Notes: a model not told the origin generated them from the sequence alone. 64,000 nucleotides of DNA from Alphaproteobacteria bacterium (GCA_965221125.1 CBDCRW010000003.1:192001-256000); one strand, 5' to 3'; shown: positions 48,822 through 59,387, counted from the stretch's first letter. Numbers and translations: made by a program.

Positions 48822-49976
48822 ATGAGCGAGGTGCAGCCGGTCGAGCATGAGGCGGGCAATCGGGACGCGGCGCTGGCCGCGCTCTACGACGATGTCCACA
48901 ACGGCCACATGTTCCCCTTCTGGGCGACCACCACCGACGTCGCGCACGACGAGATCAGGCAGCTCATGGGGAGCCGCGGCGCCGTCCCCCATCTCTGGCG
49001 CTACGAGAGCGAGATCGGGCCCCTGCTCCGCCGCTCGGCCGAGCTGGTCTCCATGGCGGATTCCGAGCGCCGCTCGCTGATTCTGGTCAACCCCGGCCTC
49101 GCGCCGACGCGGGCTACCGTCTCCACCATGTACTCGGCCTACCGGCTCAACGACCCCAACGAGGTGATGCCGCCGCATCGCCACTCGCCCAACGCCATCC
49201 GCCTCGGGCTCACGGGCTCCATGAACTTCACCGGCGTCGAGGGCGAGGACATCGTGTTCGGCCCCGGCGACATGGTGCTGACGCCGCAGGACACCTGGCA
49301 CAACCACGGCAACAAGGGCGACGAGCCGGCGGTGAATCTCTCCGTGCTCGACTTGCCGCTGGTCGAAGTGCTCAACGCGATCTATTTCGAGCACGACTAC
49401 AAGGAAGACCGCGACGGCCGCGCGGTCGCCGCCAGGGAGCAATCGGCCCGTTTCAGCGCCGACTACTCGGCCGAGGTCTACGGCTCTGGCGGGCTGATGC
49501 CCTGCTTCGTGCCGCACGGGCGCGGCAGCGGCATCGGATCGCCCATGTACGTCTATCGCTGGGAGCCCATGCGCGCGATGCTGGAGGCGCACCGGGACCG
49601 CGACGGCGACCCCCACGAAGCCCTGATGATCGAGTACGTCGATCCGACCCGGGGCGGCCCGGTGTTCAGGACGATGACCTTCTACGCGCAGATGCTGCGG
49701 CCCGGCGAGAAGACGCAGCCCCTCAAGCAGACCGCGAGCCTGCTGGTCTCGCCGCTCGAAGGACGCGGCCACAGCGTCGTGGGCGAGACCCGCTTCGACT
49801 GGCGGCCCTTCGACACGCTCGCGGTGCCGGGCAGCGCATGGTGCCGCCACGTCAACGATTCGGAGAGCGCGCCGGCCATCCTCTTCGTGGCGAGCGACAA
49901 GCCGGCGCTCGCCGCGCTCGGTCACTTCAAGAAATGGGGCCGCGACGGCACGGGCGATACCGTCCGCCTCGCCTAG
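48822..49976 (+). CDS. Bicupin ring-cleaving dioxygenase (gentisate 1,2-dioxygenase family)
   Basis: ERRSLILVNPGL, PPHRHSPNAIR, LTPQDTWHNHGN and LDLPLV. Confidence 0.85.
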   Translation: MSEVQPVEHEAGNRDAALAALYDDVHNGHMFPFWATTTDVAHDEIRQLMGSRGAVPHLWRYESEIGPLLRRSAELVSMADSERRSLILVNPGLAPTRATVSTMYSAYRLNDPNEVMPPHRHSPNAIRLGLTGSMNFTGVEGEDIVFGPGDMVLTPQDTWHNHGNKGDEPAVNLSVLDLPLVEVLNAIYFEHDYKEDRDGRAVAAREQSARFSADYSAEVYGSGGLMPCFVPHGRGSGIGSPMYVYRWEPMRAMLEAHRDRDGDPHEALMIEYVDPTRGGPVFRTMTFYAQMLRPGEKTQPLKQTASLLVSPLEGRGHSVVGETRFDWRPFDTLAVPGSAWCRHVNDSESAPAILFVASDKPALAALGHFKKWGRDGTGDTVRLA

Positions 49977-50019
49977 GGCGGGCGAGCCGGCGGCCCCCGC
50001 CTCCACCAAAGGGAGACAT

Positions 50020-50949
50020 ATGGACATGACCACGGCAGCGGTGATCGGCCTGGGCACGATGGGGCCCGGCATGGCGGCAACGCTCGCACGCGGCGGACTC
50101 ACGGTCCGCGCCTTCGACACGGAAGCGGCACAGCTCGAGAAGGCGCCGGGCGCCGCCGCCATGGCGCTCGGCGTGCTGGAGAAGCTCGGGATGCCCGACC
50201 GCGGCGGGGCCGAGTCGATCAGCTATCATGACTCGCTGGCCGACGCCGTCGCGGATTGCGATCTCGTGCTGGAAAGCGTGCCGGAGAAGGTGGACATCAA
50301 GCGGGCGGTGTTCGCGGACCTCGACAAGCTGGTGTCGAAGGAGTGCATCCTCGCCTCCAACACCTCAGGGATTCCGGTGACGACGCTGCAGCAGGGCAAC
50401 TCGGCGCCGGGCCGGGTCGTCGGCATGCACTGGTCCAACCCGCCCTTCGTCATTCCGGTCATCGAGGTCATCGCCGGCGCCGAGACCACGCAGGCCACCT
50501 GCGACCACATGGTGCAAGCGATCAAGGACCTCAACCTGCTGCCCGTGGTGGTGAAGAAGGACGTGCCGGGCTTCGTCGAGAACCGCATCCTCTACGCGAT
50601 CATGCGCGAGGCCTGCGACCTGGTGGAGAACGGCGTGATCGAGCCGGAGGGGCTGGATACCTGCGTCTCCTGGGGCATCGGCTACAAGCTCGCCGTGGTG
50701 GGACCGATGTCGCTGCTCGACATGGCCGGCCTCGACATCTACCAGGCCGTCGGCAGCTACCTGAACGCGGACCTCTGTAACCGTGACAGCGTGAGCAGCT
50801 ACATCACTGAAAGGACGGAGAAAGGCGACCTCGGCATGAAGACCGGGAGCGGAATTTTTTCCTACACGCCGGACGACATCGAAGCGCTGCGGGGCAAGCG
50901 GGCGGGCCAGCTCGTCGCCGTCCGCCGCGCGCTTGAAGGCCGCTCGTAG
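50020..50949 (+). CDS. 3-hydroxyacyl-CoA dehydrogenase family; resembles FHMPC 5-dehydrogenase of vitamin B6 degradation
   Basis: IGLGTMGPGMAA.LARGGL, GMHWSNPP, VVKKDVPGFVENR, DTCVSWGIGYK and LVAVRRALEGR closely match Mesorhizobium FHMPC dehydrogenase as I recall it. Confidence 0.75.
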   Translation: MDMTTAAVIGLGTMGPGMAATLARGGLTVRAFDTEAAQLEKAPGAAAMALGVLEKLGMPDRGGAESISYHDSLADAVADCDLVLESVPEKVDIKRAVFADLDKLVSKECILASNTSGIPVTTLQQGNSAPGRVVGMHWSNPPFVIPVIEVIAGAETTQATCDHMVQAIKDLNLLPVVVKKDVPGFVENRILYAIMREACDLVENGVIEPEGLDTCVSWGIGYKLAVVGPMSLLDMAGLDIYQAVGSYLNADLCNRDSVSSYITERTEKGDLGMKTGSGIFSYTPDDIEALRGKRAGQLVAVRRALEGRS

Positions 50950-50965
50950 CGAACGGCGCGACGCC

Positions 50966-52099
50966 ATGGCCGACGCGCACCGGACCCGCCGGATCGCCCA
51001 TATCGACTGCCCCGGCGGCGGGCAGGTCTGGGTCGACGGCACCACGCTCTACATCGGCCACATGCGCTGGCCGTCGGGCACCACCGTCGTCGACGTGGCC
51101 GACCCTGCGAACCCGCGCACGCTCGCGCGCATCGAGCTGCCGGAGGGCTGGCACTCGCACAAGGTCCGTGCCGCGAACGGCGTCATGCTCGTCAATCACG
51201 AGCGCCTCGGCGGCGCCGGCAACGACGCCAACGGCTTCGGCGGCGGGCTCGGCATCTACGACGTCTCGAACCCCGCCGAGCCGAAACTCATCACCAAGTG
51301 GCGCACCGCCGGCAAGGGCGTGCACCGCTTCACCTTCGACGGGCGCTACGCCTACATCTCGCCGACGGCGGAAGGCTACGTCGGCAATATCGTGATGATC
51401 CTCGACCTCGCCGACCCGGCGCGGCCGGAAGAGGTGGGCCGCTGGTGGATCCCCGGCCAGTGGGAGGCCGGCGGCGAGGAGTATCCCTGGGACGGCTGGG
51501 TGGCGCCCCGCTGCCACCATCCGCTCCGGCTCGGCGACCGGCTCTACGTGAGCTACTGGCACCACGGGCTCTTCATCCTCGACATCGAGGACATGTCCAG
51601 GCCGAAGCACATCGCCGGCGTCAACACGAGCCCGACCTTCCCGCATCCGACCCACACCTGCCTGCCCTTCCCCTACAAGCTCAAGGGCCGGCACATCATG
51701 GTGGTGGCCGACGAGGACGTGGCGAAGCTGTGGCCGTCGCCGCCGGCCTTCGCCTGGGTCTACGACATCACCGACGAGCGCCTGCCGATCCCGATCAGCA
51801 CGATTCACGTGGACGGTGTGGATCAGGACGGCAGCCCCCAGCCGGACATGACCGGCTGCCACCAGCCGTCCGACAGGTTCACCGGCAACGTGGTGCCCTT
51901 CGCCTGGTTCGCGCAGGGCCTGCGGCTCGTGGACGTGTCCGACCCCTTTGCGCCTTGCGAGGTCGCGCGCTACGTCCCCGACCCGCCGGCGGGGTGCGAG
52001 CGCGCCTCCTCCAACGACGTGACGGTGGACGACCGCGGCCTCATCTACCTGATCGACCGCCAGCGCGGCGTGGACATCATCGAGACCAACGCCCTCTGA
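50966..52099 (+). CDS. LVIVD-repeat beta-propeller protein
   Basis: Repeated VVDVADPANP, IYDVSNPAEP, ILDLADPARP, ILDIEDMSRP and LVDVSDPFAP, plus many His residues. Confidence 0.85.
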   Translation: MADAHRTRRIAHIDCPGGGQVWVDGTTLYIGHMRWPSGTTVVDVADPANPRTLARIELPEGWHSHKVRAANGVMLVNHERLGGAGNDANGFGGGLGIYDVSNPAEPKLITKWRTAGKGVHRFTFDGRYAYISPTAEGYVGNIVMILDLADPARPEEVGRWWIPGQWEAGGEEYPWDGWVAPRCHHPLRLGDRLYVSYWHHGLFILDIEDMSRPKHIAGVNTSPTFPHPTHTCLPFPYKLKGRHIMVVADEDVAKLWPSPPAFAWVYDITDERLPIPISTIHVDGVDQDGSPQPDMTGCHQPSDRFTGNVVPFAWFAQGLRLVDVSDPFAPCEVARYVPDPPAGCERASSNDVTVDDRGLIYLIDRQRGVDIIETNAL

Positions 52100-52108
52100 T
52101 CCGGCCCG

Positions 52109-52347
52109 CTAGAGCGATTTCCGACCTTACGAGTTCACTGCGGCCCGAGCGTTCCCACCTCCCCCTGTCCCCCTCCCCCCAAAGGGCGGAGGGGGGACGC
52201 TGACGCCGATGGCGGAGTCTCCCTCTCCGCCCCTGGGGGCGGAGAGGGCCAGGGAGAGGTGGGGGTTTCTTTTCTGGACGCGCGGCACTTGAAGGCGTGA
52301 CTCTGCGGTAACCGCGAACGATTCCATCCGGTCGGAAATCGGGCTGG
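52109..52347 (+). mobile_element. MITE-like repeat, copy B
   Basis: Starts CTAGAGCG; perfect 12-bp inverted repeat CGATTTCCGACC (52115-52126)/GGTCGGAAATCG (52330-52341); internal GC hairpins shared with copies A and C. Confidence 0.8.
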
Positions 52348-52386
52348 GCCGCTACGCTCTCATCGCCAGGGGTGCGGCGGCGGAAT

Positions 52387-53295
52387 TCAACCGCCCTCGT
52401 CGTGGTAGGCCCGGGCGATATCCCTCCGCTGGCAGATCCACACGTCGTCGTGGCGCAGCGCGTGCTCCAGGAAGCGGCGGAGCGCCGCGAGCCGCGCCGG
52501 CCTCCCGATCACGCGGCAGTGCAGGCCCACGGAGAGCATCGCGGGCCGCCCGTTGACGCCCTCCCGGTAAAGCTCGTCGAAGGCCGCGCAGAGATAGTCG
52601 CCGAACTGCGTGGGCGAGGCGAAGCCGTTGGTCGTGCAGAACTTCATGTCGTTCGAGTCGAGCGCGTAGGGGATGACGAGGTGGCGGCCGCCGTCGTCCA
52701 GTTCGAGCCAGTAGGGAAGGTCGTCGTCGTAGGCGTCCGAATCGTAGAGCAGGCCGCCGCATTCGATCGCGAGCCGGCGTGAGTTCGCGCTGACGCGCCC
52801 ACAGTAGAAGCCGACCGGCGCTGCGCCCGTCTGCTCGCGGATGGTCTCCTTGGTCATCAGGATGTGCTGGCGCTCGGTCTCCTCGTCGACGTCGGCGTAG
52901 TCGAACCAGCGCCAATTGTGGCTCGCGACCTCGAGCCCCTGGCGCGCGAATTCGCGGCCGACCTCCGGGTTGAGCGCGAGCGCCCGGCCGACGCCATAGA
53001 CGGTCGCCGTCACCTCCAGCTCCTCGAAGAGGCGCAGGATGCGCCAGACGCCGGCGCGCGCGCCGTAGTCGTACATGCTCTCGGTATTCAGGTCCCGCTC
53101 GCCCACGCGCGGCTCGACGCTGCCGAGCTCGTGGATGTAGCGCTCCGAGCTGGCGTCGTCGTTCAGCACCGTTCGCTCGCCGCCCTCCTCGTAGTTGAGG
53201 ACGAGACTCAGCGCGAGCGGGCTGTCGTCCCGCCAGGGCGGGCGCGGGCGCGAGCGGCCGTAGCCGGCGAAGTTGCGATCGTTCAGGCCGGTCAT
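52387..53295 (-). CDS. Polysaccharide deacetylase family, PuuE allantoinase-like
   Basis: RNFAGYG, LVLNYEEGGE, ESMYDYGARAGVWR, YDDDLPYW and MLSVGLHCRVIGRP. Confidence 0.85.
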   Translation of the reverse strand: MTGLNDRNFAGYGRSRPRPPWRDDSPLALSLVLNYEEGGERTVLNDDASSERYIHELGSVEPRVGERDLNTESMYDYGARAGVWRILRLFEELEVTATVYGVGRALALNPEVGREFARQGLEVASHNWRWFDYADVDEETERQHILMTKETIREQTGAAPVGFYCGRVSANSRRLAIECGGLLYDSDAYDDDLPYWLELDDGGRHLVIPYALDSNDMKFCTTNGFASPTQFGDYLCAAFDELYREGVNGRPAMLSVGLHCRVIGRPARLAALRRFLEHALRHDDVWICQRRDIARAYHDEGG

Positions 53296-53813
53296 GTCTG
53301 GGAACTCCCTGGCGAACCCGGTTCGGACACCTCGTGCCAGACCGTGGCGGCGCTGAAGGTGCGGTCGAAGCCGCCCCCGTTCCAGGTGGTCATCTTGCGA
53401 ACGTGGACGAGAAAGGGCTCCCTGGGAAATCCGAACGTCGATTCGGCATAGGCCAGGCCGGGCGGCCCGAGATACCGCTCGGTCATCTTGCGGGCCGGCG
53501 CGATCCAGTCGAAGTCCTCGGGCAGGAACTCCGCCTCGCCGAGGACGCTCACCCTCATGTACGGCAGCGAGGGGTTGTCGACGAGGACGCCGCAGCGGGG
53601 ATCCCGGTGCAGGTTCTGCACCATGCTGGTGCGCGTCTTGCTGATGACGAGGAAGGCGCGGTCCTCGGCCAGCCAGTCGAACCAGACCGGGCTCACCACG
53701 GGCCAGCCGTCGGCCATCGTGGTGGCGACCTTCGCGAAGATTGCGCCCGACGTGAGGAACGCGTCGCGCTCCGCGTCGGTCATTCCCCGCCCGGCATTCG
53801 ACGTCATCGCCAT
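53292..53813 (-). CDS. Pyridoxamine 5'-phosphate oxidase-like split-barrel flavin/F420-binding protein
   Basis: MTDAERDAFL, VATTMADGWPVVSPVWF and NLHRDPR; ATGA overlap with the PuuE-like gene. Confidence 0.8.
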   Translation of the reverse strand: MAMTSNAGRGMTDAERDAFLTSGAIFAKVATTMADGWPVVSPVWFDWLAEDRAFLVISKTRTSMVQNLHRDPRCGVLVDNPSLPYMRVSVLGEAEFLPEDFDWIAPARKMTERYLGPPGLAYAESTFGFPREPFLVHVRKMTTWNGGGFDRTFSAATVWHEVSEPGSPGSSQT

Positions 53814-53996
53814 GGTGCGCCTCCGCTCTCTTTCCATGAATCCGCGCTGCACAACCCGTTCGTGCTGGCCGAGGCATTGTACACCGCCACCAGCGTCGGG
53901 CGCGCCGTGGCGTCCCGTACGGATTCGGGCTAGGGTCGCGCCCGCTCGGCGGCGGGGTCGCCGGGCTTGGGAGGGATATGACACGGCGGGAGAGCC

Positions 53997-56060
53997 ATGC
54001 GATTCGCGGTCGATACCGGGGGAACCTTCACCGACCTTGTCGTCGAGTCCGACGACGGGGGCCTGCGCATGTACAAGGCGCCGACCACGCCGTCGGACCC
54101 GGTGGCCGGCGTGCTGGAGACGCTGGCCCGCGCCGCGGACGACCTGGGCGAGAGCCGCGAGGCCCTGCTCGCACGCGGCGAGATGCTGATCCACGGCACC
54201 ACGCACGCGATCAACGCCATCGTCACCGGCAACACCGCGCGCACCGCCTTCCTCACCACCAAGGGGCACCCGGACGTCCTGGTGTTCCGCGAGGGCGGGC
54301 GCATCGAGCCCTTCAACTTCACGGTCCCCTATCCTGAGCCCTACGTGCCGCGCTCGATCACCTACGAGGTGTCCGAGCGCGTGTCCTACGACGGCACCGT
54401 GACCGAGCCGCTCGACGAGGGCGGCGTCATCGAGATCGTCGAAGAGCTGAAGGGGCAGGACATCGAAGCCATCGGCGTCTGCCTGCTCTGGTCGATCGTG
54501 AACCCGGCGCATGAGCTGCGCGTCGGCGAGCTGCTGGAGCGCCACCTGCCGGGCGTGCCCTACACCCTCTCCCACGTGCTCAACCCCTCGCTCCGCGAGT
54601 ATCGCCGCGCGTCGTCGACCTGCATCGACGCCTCGCTCAAGCCGCTCATGGGCGACTACCTCGGCGGCCTGGAATCGCGCCTGCGGGAGGCGGGCTTCGG
54701 CGGCCGCGTGCTTGTAGTGACGACGCAGGGCGGCGCCATGGATGCCGCCGACATGGCGCACGCGCCGATCCACTCGATCAACTCGGGCCCGGCCATGGCG
54801 CCCATCGCGGGCCGCGCCTACGCGCAAGCCGACTCCGGCGTCGACACCGCCATCATCGCCGATACCGGGGGCACCACCTTCGACGTGAGCCTGGTGCGCG
54901 GCGGGCGCATCCCCTGGACGCGGGAGACCTGGATCGGCCAGCCCTACCGCGGCCACATGACGGGCTTCCCGGCGGTGGACGTGAAGAGCATCGGCGCGGG
55001 CGGCGGCAGCATCGCCTGGGTCGACGAAGGCGGCCTGCTCCACGTCGGGCCGAAGAGCGCGGGCGCCGTGCCCGGCCCGGTCTGCTACGGCGCCGGCGGC
55101 ACCGAGCCCACCGTCACCGACGCCTCGGTGATCCTCGGCTGGATCGACCCGGCCTACTTCCTCGGCGGCACCATGGCGCTGGAGACGGAGGCGGCGGGCA
55201 ACGCGATCGAGACCCACGTCGCGGGCAAGCTCGGCCTCTCGCTGCACGAGGCGGCGGCGGCCATCATGAGCGTCGCAACCGAGAACATGGTGCATGCCAT
55301 CGAGGACATCACCGTCAACCAGGGCATCGACCCGCGCGAGGCCGCCATCGTGGGCGGCGGGGGTGCGGCGGGCCTCAACGCGGTCGCCATCGCGCGCCGG
55401 CTCGGCTGCGCGCAGGTGATCCTGCCGGAGGTCGCGGCCGCCCTCAGCGCCCACGGGGCGCTGATCTCCGAGCTTCGGGCGGAGTACAGCGGCACGCTCT
55501 ACACGTCGACCGGCGGCTTCGACTTCAACGGCGTGAACGCCCTGCTGGAGAGCCTGGAGGAGAAGTGCCGGGCCTTCATCGCGGGGCCGGGCGCGGGCTC
55601 GCTGGAGCAGGTCGTGGAGTTCACCGCCGAGGCCCGCTACCCGAGCCAGATCTGGGAGATCGAGGTGCCGCTACGCGCGGACCGCATCGAGGACGAGCAG
55701 GCGCTTGCGGGCTTCGTCGAGGACTTCCACAAGACCCACGAGGCGCTGTTCACGTTCGCCGACTCCGAGTCGACCATCGAGACCGTCGGCTGGCGCGCCA
55801 ACGTGCGCTGCCGGCTCAGGGACGGCGTCAACCTGAGCGTCGAAAGCGCGGGCGGCGGCCCGGAGATCGCGCACAGCCGCTCGGTCTATTTCCCGGACAC
55901 CGGCTTCGTCGAGGCGCAGGTGGTGCACTTCGACGGCATGGGGCCGGGCGAGACCGTGGACGGACCCGCGATCATCGAATCGTCCTTCACCACCGTCGTG
56001 ATCGACCCGGGAGCCAAGGCCGAGCGCCGGGCCTCGGGCAGTCTCCTGATAACGCCCTGA
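53997..56060 (+). CDS. Hydantoinase A/oxoprolinase family subunit
   Basis: VDTGGTFTD, HGTT, SGPA, DTGGTTFDV, IGAGGGSI and SAGAVPGPVCY. Confidence 0.92.
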   Translation: MRFAVDTGGTFTDLVVESDDGGLRMYKAPTTPSDPVAGVLETLARAADDLGESREALLARGEMLIHGTTHAINAIVTGNTARTAFLTTKGHPDVLVFREGGRIEPFNFTVPYPEPYVPRSITYEVSERVSYDGTVTEPLDEGGVIEIVEELKGQDIEAIGVCLLWSIVNPAHELRVGELLERHLPGVPYTLSHVLNPSLREYRRASSTCIDASLKPLMGDYLGGLESRLREAGFGGRVLVVTTQGGAMDAADMAHAPIHSINSGPAMAPIAGRAYAQADSGVDTAIIADTGGTTFDVSLVRGGRIPWTRETWIGQPYRGHMTGFPAVDVKSIGAGGGSIAWVDEGGLLHVGPKSAGAVPGPVCYGAGGTEPTVTDASVILGWIDPAYFLGGTMALETEAAGNAIETHVAGKLGLSLHEAAAAIMSVATENMVHAIEDITVNQGIDPREAAIVGGGGAAGLNAVAIARRLGCAQVILPEVAAALSAHGALISELRAEYSGTLYTSTGGFDFNGVNALLESLEEKCRAFIAGPGAGSLEQVVEFTAEARYPSQIWEIEVPLRADRIEDEQALAGFVEDFHKTHEALFTFADSESTIETVGWRANVRCRLRDGVNLSVESAGGGPEIAHSRSVYFPDTGFVEAQVVHFDGMGPGETVDGPAIIESSFTTVVIDPGAKAERRASGSLLITP

Positions 56061-56076
56061 CCGGGGGAGGCAAGCC

Positions 56077-57855
56077 GTGGCAAGGAACACGCTGACCGTC
56101 AACGCCGACGGCACGCTCGACGGCGTGCAGATGGCGATCATCAACAAGCGGATGGAGGCCATCTGCGCCAAGATGGCCAACACGCTGCTGCGGACGGGGC
56201 GCTCCGGCGTGCTCAACAGCGCGCGCGACTTCTCCTGCTGCATCGTGACTGCGGAGAACCGGCTGCTCACGGTCAACGAGAGCCTGCCGATCCACGTCCT
56301 GCGCGGCGCCGACATGATGTGCGAATCGATGCAGGAGTTTCACCCCGACCTCGTGCGGGGCGACGCCTACCTCCACAACTCGCCCTATCACGGCTGCTCC
56401 CACCCCGCCGATCACACCACGCTCGTTCCCGTGGTGGACGACGAGGGCGTGCACCGCTTCACCATGGTCGCCAAGGCGCATCAGGCGGACTGCGGCAACT
56501 CGATCGCCACCACCTATCACGGCAGCGCGCGGGACGTGTACGAGGAAGGCGCGCTGATCTTCCCGGCGGTGCAGATCCAGCGGGACTACGAGGACATCGA
56601 GGACATCGTGCGCATGTGCCGGCTCCGCATCCGCGTGCCGGAGCAATGGTGGGGCGACTACCTCGCGGCTCTCGGCGCGGCGCGGATCGGCGAGCGCGAG
56701 ATCATGTCCTTCGGCAACGAGATCGGCTGGGACACGCTGGCCCAGTTCGCCGAGCAGTGGTTCGACTACAGCGAGCAGTTGATGATCGCCGCGGTGCGCA
56801 AGATGCCGGGCGGGCGGACCGAGACCACGTCCATGCACGACCCCTTCCCCAATGCCGAGGACGGGATTCCGGTCAAGATCGTGGTGGAGGTGGACCCGGA
56901 CGAGGCGGTGATCGACATCGACCTCCGCGACAACCCGGACGCGATGCCCTGCGGCCTCAACCTGTCGCGCGCCTGCTGCGAGAGCACGCTGCTGCTCGGC
57001 GTCTTCAACAGCATCCCCGATTCGGTGCCGACCAACACCGGCTCCTTCCGGCGGGTGCGCATGCACCTGCGCGAGAACAGCGTCTGCGGCATCCCCAGGC
57101 ACCCGACGAGCTGCTCGGTGGCGACGACCAATCTCGCCGACCGCGTTGGCAACGCGGTGAGCCGCGCGCTCGCGGACCTGGGCGACGGCTACGGCATGGC
57201 TAGCACCGGCTCGATCATCCCGCCGTCCCTCGGCGTCATCTCCGGCACCAGCGAGAAGACCAAGGGCGCTTACGTGAACCAGATCTTCCTCGGCTGGGGC
57301 GGCGGCGCGGCCAGCGCGCAGGCCGACGCCTGGCTTTCCATCGGCCATCTCGGCAACGCCGGCATGTCCTACCAGGATTCCATCGAGCTCGACGAGATGC
57401 GCTTCCCGCTCACCGTGCGGGGCCGCCACTTCATCACCGATTCGGGCGGCCACGGGCGGACGCGGGGCGGCGCGGGCGTCTATTGCGAGTTCGGCCCCAC
57501 CGAGGGCGATCTCGAGGTCGGCTACGTCAGCGACGGCAACGTCACGCCGCCCGAGGGCGCGCGCGGCGGCACGCCGGGCGGCCGGGCCGACCAGTTCCGG
57601 CGCGACGCGAACGGCGACCTGCACCAGCTCGACCCCTGCGCCCAGGCGATCATCCCCGAGGGCCACACCATCGTCTCCTACTCCTGCGGGGGCGGCGGCT
57701 ACGGCGCGCCGACGGAGCGTGCGGCGGCGCAGGTGGCGATCGACGTGCGCGAGCGCTGGGTCTCGCCCGAGGCCGCGCGCGAGGTCTATCGCGTCGCCCT
57801 CGACGACGCCGGCGCGCTCGACGAAGACGCGACCGCGCGTCTCCGCAACGGCTGA
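56077..57855 (+). CDS. Hydantoinase B/oxoprolinase family subunit
   Basis: ARDFSC, NSPYHGCSHPAD, HQADCG, DSGG.GR.RGG and GGGGYG.P.ER; GTG start with GGGAGG RBS. Confidence 0.92.
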   Translation: MARNTLTVNADGTLDGVQMAIINKRMEAICAKMANTLLRTGRSGVLNSARDFSCCIVTAENRLLTVNESLPIHVLRGADMMCESMQEFHPDLVRGDAYLHNSPYHGCSHPADHTTLVPVVDDEGVHRFTMVAKAHQADCGNSIATTYHGSARDVYEEGALIFPAVQIQRDYEDIEDIVRMCRLRIRVPEQWWGDYLAALGAARIGEREIMSFGNEIGWDTLAQFAEQWFDYSEQLMIAAVRKMPGGRTETTSMHDPFPNAEDGIPVKIVVEVDPDEAVIDIDLRDNPDAMPCGLNLSRACCESTLLLGVFNSIPDSVPTNTGSFRRVRMHLRENSVCGIPRHPTSCSVATTNLADRVGNAVSRALADLGDGYGMASTGSIIPPSLGVISGTSEKTKGAYVNQIFLGWGGGAASAQADAWLSIGHLGNAGMSYQDSIELDEMRFPLTVRGRHFITDSGGHGRTRGGAGVYCEFGPTEGDLEVGYVSDGNVTPPEGARGGTPGGRADQFRRDANGDLHQLDPCAQAIIPEGHTIVSYSCGGGGYGAPTERAAAQVAIDVRERWVSPEAAREVYRVALDDAGALDEDATARLRNG

Positions 57856-58010
57856 GCGCCGGGGCGGGCGGCGGGCCCCCCCTCCCCTCTCGAGATAAGG
57901 CGGCGCGGAGGCCGATTCGCCGTTGCGCCCTGCGGCGCTTGTTGAGACCATCCCCGTCAGTCAGGGACGACTTGTCCACGAACGTGAAATCCATCCAGGA
58001 GGAGAACACG

Positions 58011-59387
58011 ATGGTCGAGCGCAAGGAACAGGAACATCTGCTGCGGAACGCAGCACGCCGCCAGCTGCTGCGCGGCGAGATCGACAGGCGCCAGTTCATG
58101 ACCCGCAGTATCGCCGCAGGCCTCGGCCTGGCAGGCGCGAGCGTGGTGGCCAACTACGGCTCCAGTCGCGCGTTCGCGCAGGAGCGGCCGCTGACGCCGA
58201 CCTTCTACCAGTGGATCGAGGACCTGCATCCCTCGATTCCGCAAGTCAACGAGCAGTTCCCCGATATCAACTACCAGATCGCGCCGGTCGAAGGCTTCGG
58301 CATCGAGCGCTTCGTCGCCGAGGCGCGCAGCCAGGAGAGCACCTGGGACGTCTACGTCGGCCAGACTCCGTTCGTCGAAATGACGTCGATGATCGAGGCC
58401 GACGTCATCGAGCCGTGGGATCCCTACATCCCTCAAGAGGTCCTCGACGACATGATCCCGGCGATCCGCGACGAGTGCACCATCGACGGCAAGCTCTACG
58501 GCTGGCCCTTCCTGCTCGACGTGATCGGCATGGGCTGGCACTCGGGCATCACGGACGAAGCAGGCGTCGGCGAGACACCGCCCGCCACCTGGGACGAGTA
58601 TCTCGCCAATGCCCAGGCCATCGTGGACAGCGGGGCCGCGCCCTTCGGCGCGACCTTCGACGCCCACGGCTGGCGCTCTCTCGCGCCCATGACTCACAGC
58701 CTGAACAGCGACGTCTACACCGAAGACGGCCTCTTCGACTTCACCCACGATGCGGCGGTCGAAGCGCTCATCCTGATGAAGAAGATCATGGCCGTCTCGC
58801 ACCCCGACATCCTGCTCGCGGGCGCGACCGACGGCGGCGTCAACGGCACCCCGGACGAGGTCGCCTTTGCCGCTCAGCGCGTCGGCTATTACACCAAGTA
58901 TTTCAATGCCCCGCTGCGTTTTGCTCAGTATTGGGATGAGCCTGGCGCACTGAAGATGGCCGGGCTGCCGAAGTTCGCGGGCGGCGAGGGCTCGACCGTG
59001 TTCTGGACCACCGGCTGTGCCCTCTTCAAGCATGGCAAGAACAAGGAGCAGGTCGCCGAATACATCCGCGCGCTGACCTACGACCGGCAGATCTGGCAGG
59101 ATTCCATCGCCGGCACCGAGACGGCGCATCCGGGGCAGCTGCCGCCCTACAAATCGATCTACGCCGAGTGGGAGGCCAACCCGCCCGAGTGGATGCTGCC
59201 CTTCGTAGGCCTGGTCCGGGGCCAGCTCGATCGCGCCAAGGCGATCACCAACCACCTGATCGGCCTGCACCAGTTCATCATCGGCCAGTCGACCTGGGAG
59301 ACCTATCTCAAGGGCGAGGAGCCCGATCCGCGCGTTGCCTTGCAGAACACCAAGGATGCGGTGCGCGCCGAGCTCGAGCGCATGTAG
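58011..59387 (+). CDS. Carbohydrate-type ABC substrate-binding protein with Tat signal
   Basis: DRRQFM twin-arginine leader, DGKLYGWP and PPATWDE; AGGAGGAG RBS; precedes two permeases. Confidence 0.85.
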   Translation: MVERKEQEHLLRNAARRQLLRGEIDRRQFMTRSIAAGLGLAGASVVANYGSSRAFAQERPLTPTFYQWIEDLHPSIPQVNEQFPDINYQIAPVEGFGIERFVAEARSQESTWDVYVGQTPFVEMTSMIEADVIEPWDPYIPQEVLDDMIPAIRDECTIDGKLYGWPFLLDVIGMGWHSGITDEAGVGETPPATWDEYLANAQAIVDSGAAPFGATFDAHGWRSLAPMTHSLNSDVYTEDGLFDFTHDAAVEALILMKKIMAVSHPDILLAGATDGGVNGTPDEVAFAAQRVGYYTKYFNAPLRFAQYWDEPGALKMAGLPKFAGGEGSTVFWTTGCALFKHGKNKEQVAEYIRALTYDRQIWQDSIAGTETAHPGQLPPYKSIYAEWEANPPEWMLPFVGLVRGQLDRAKAITNHLIGLHQFIIGQSTWETYLKGEEPDPRVALQNTKDAVRAELERM

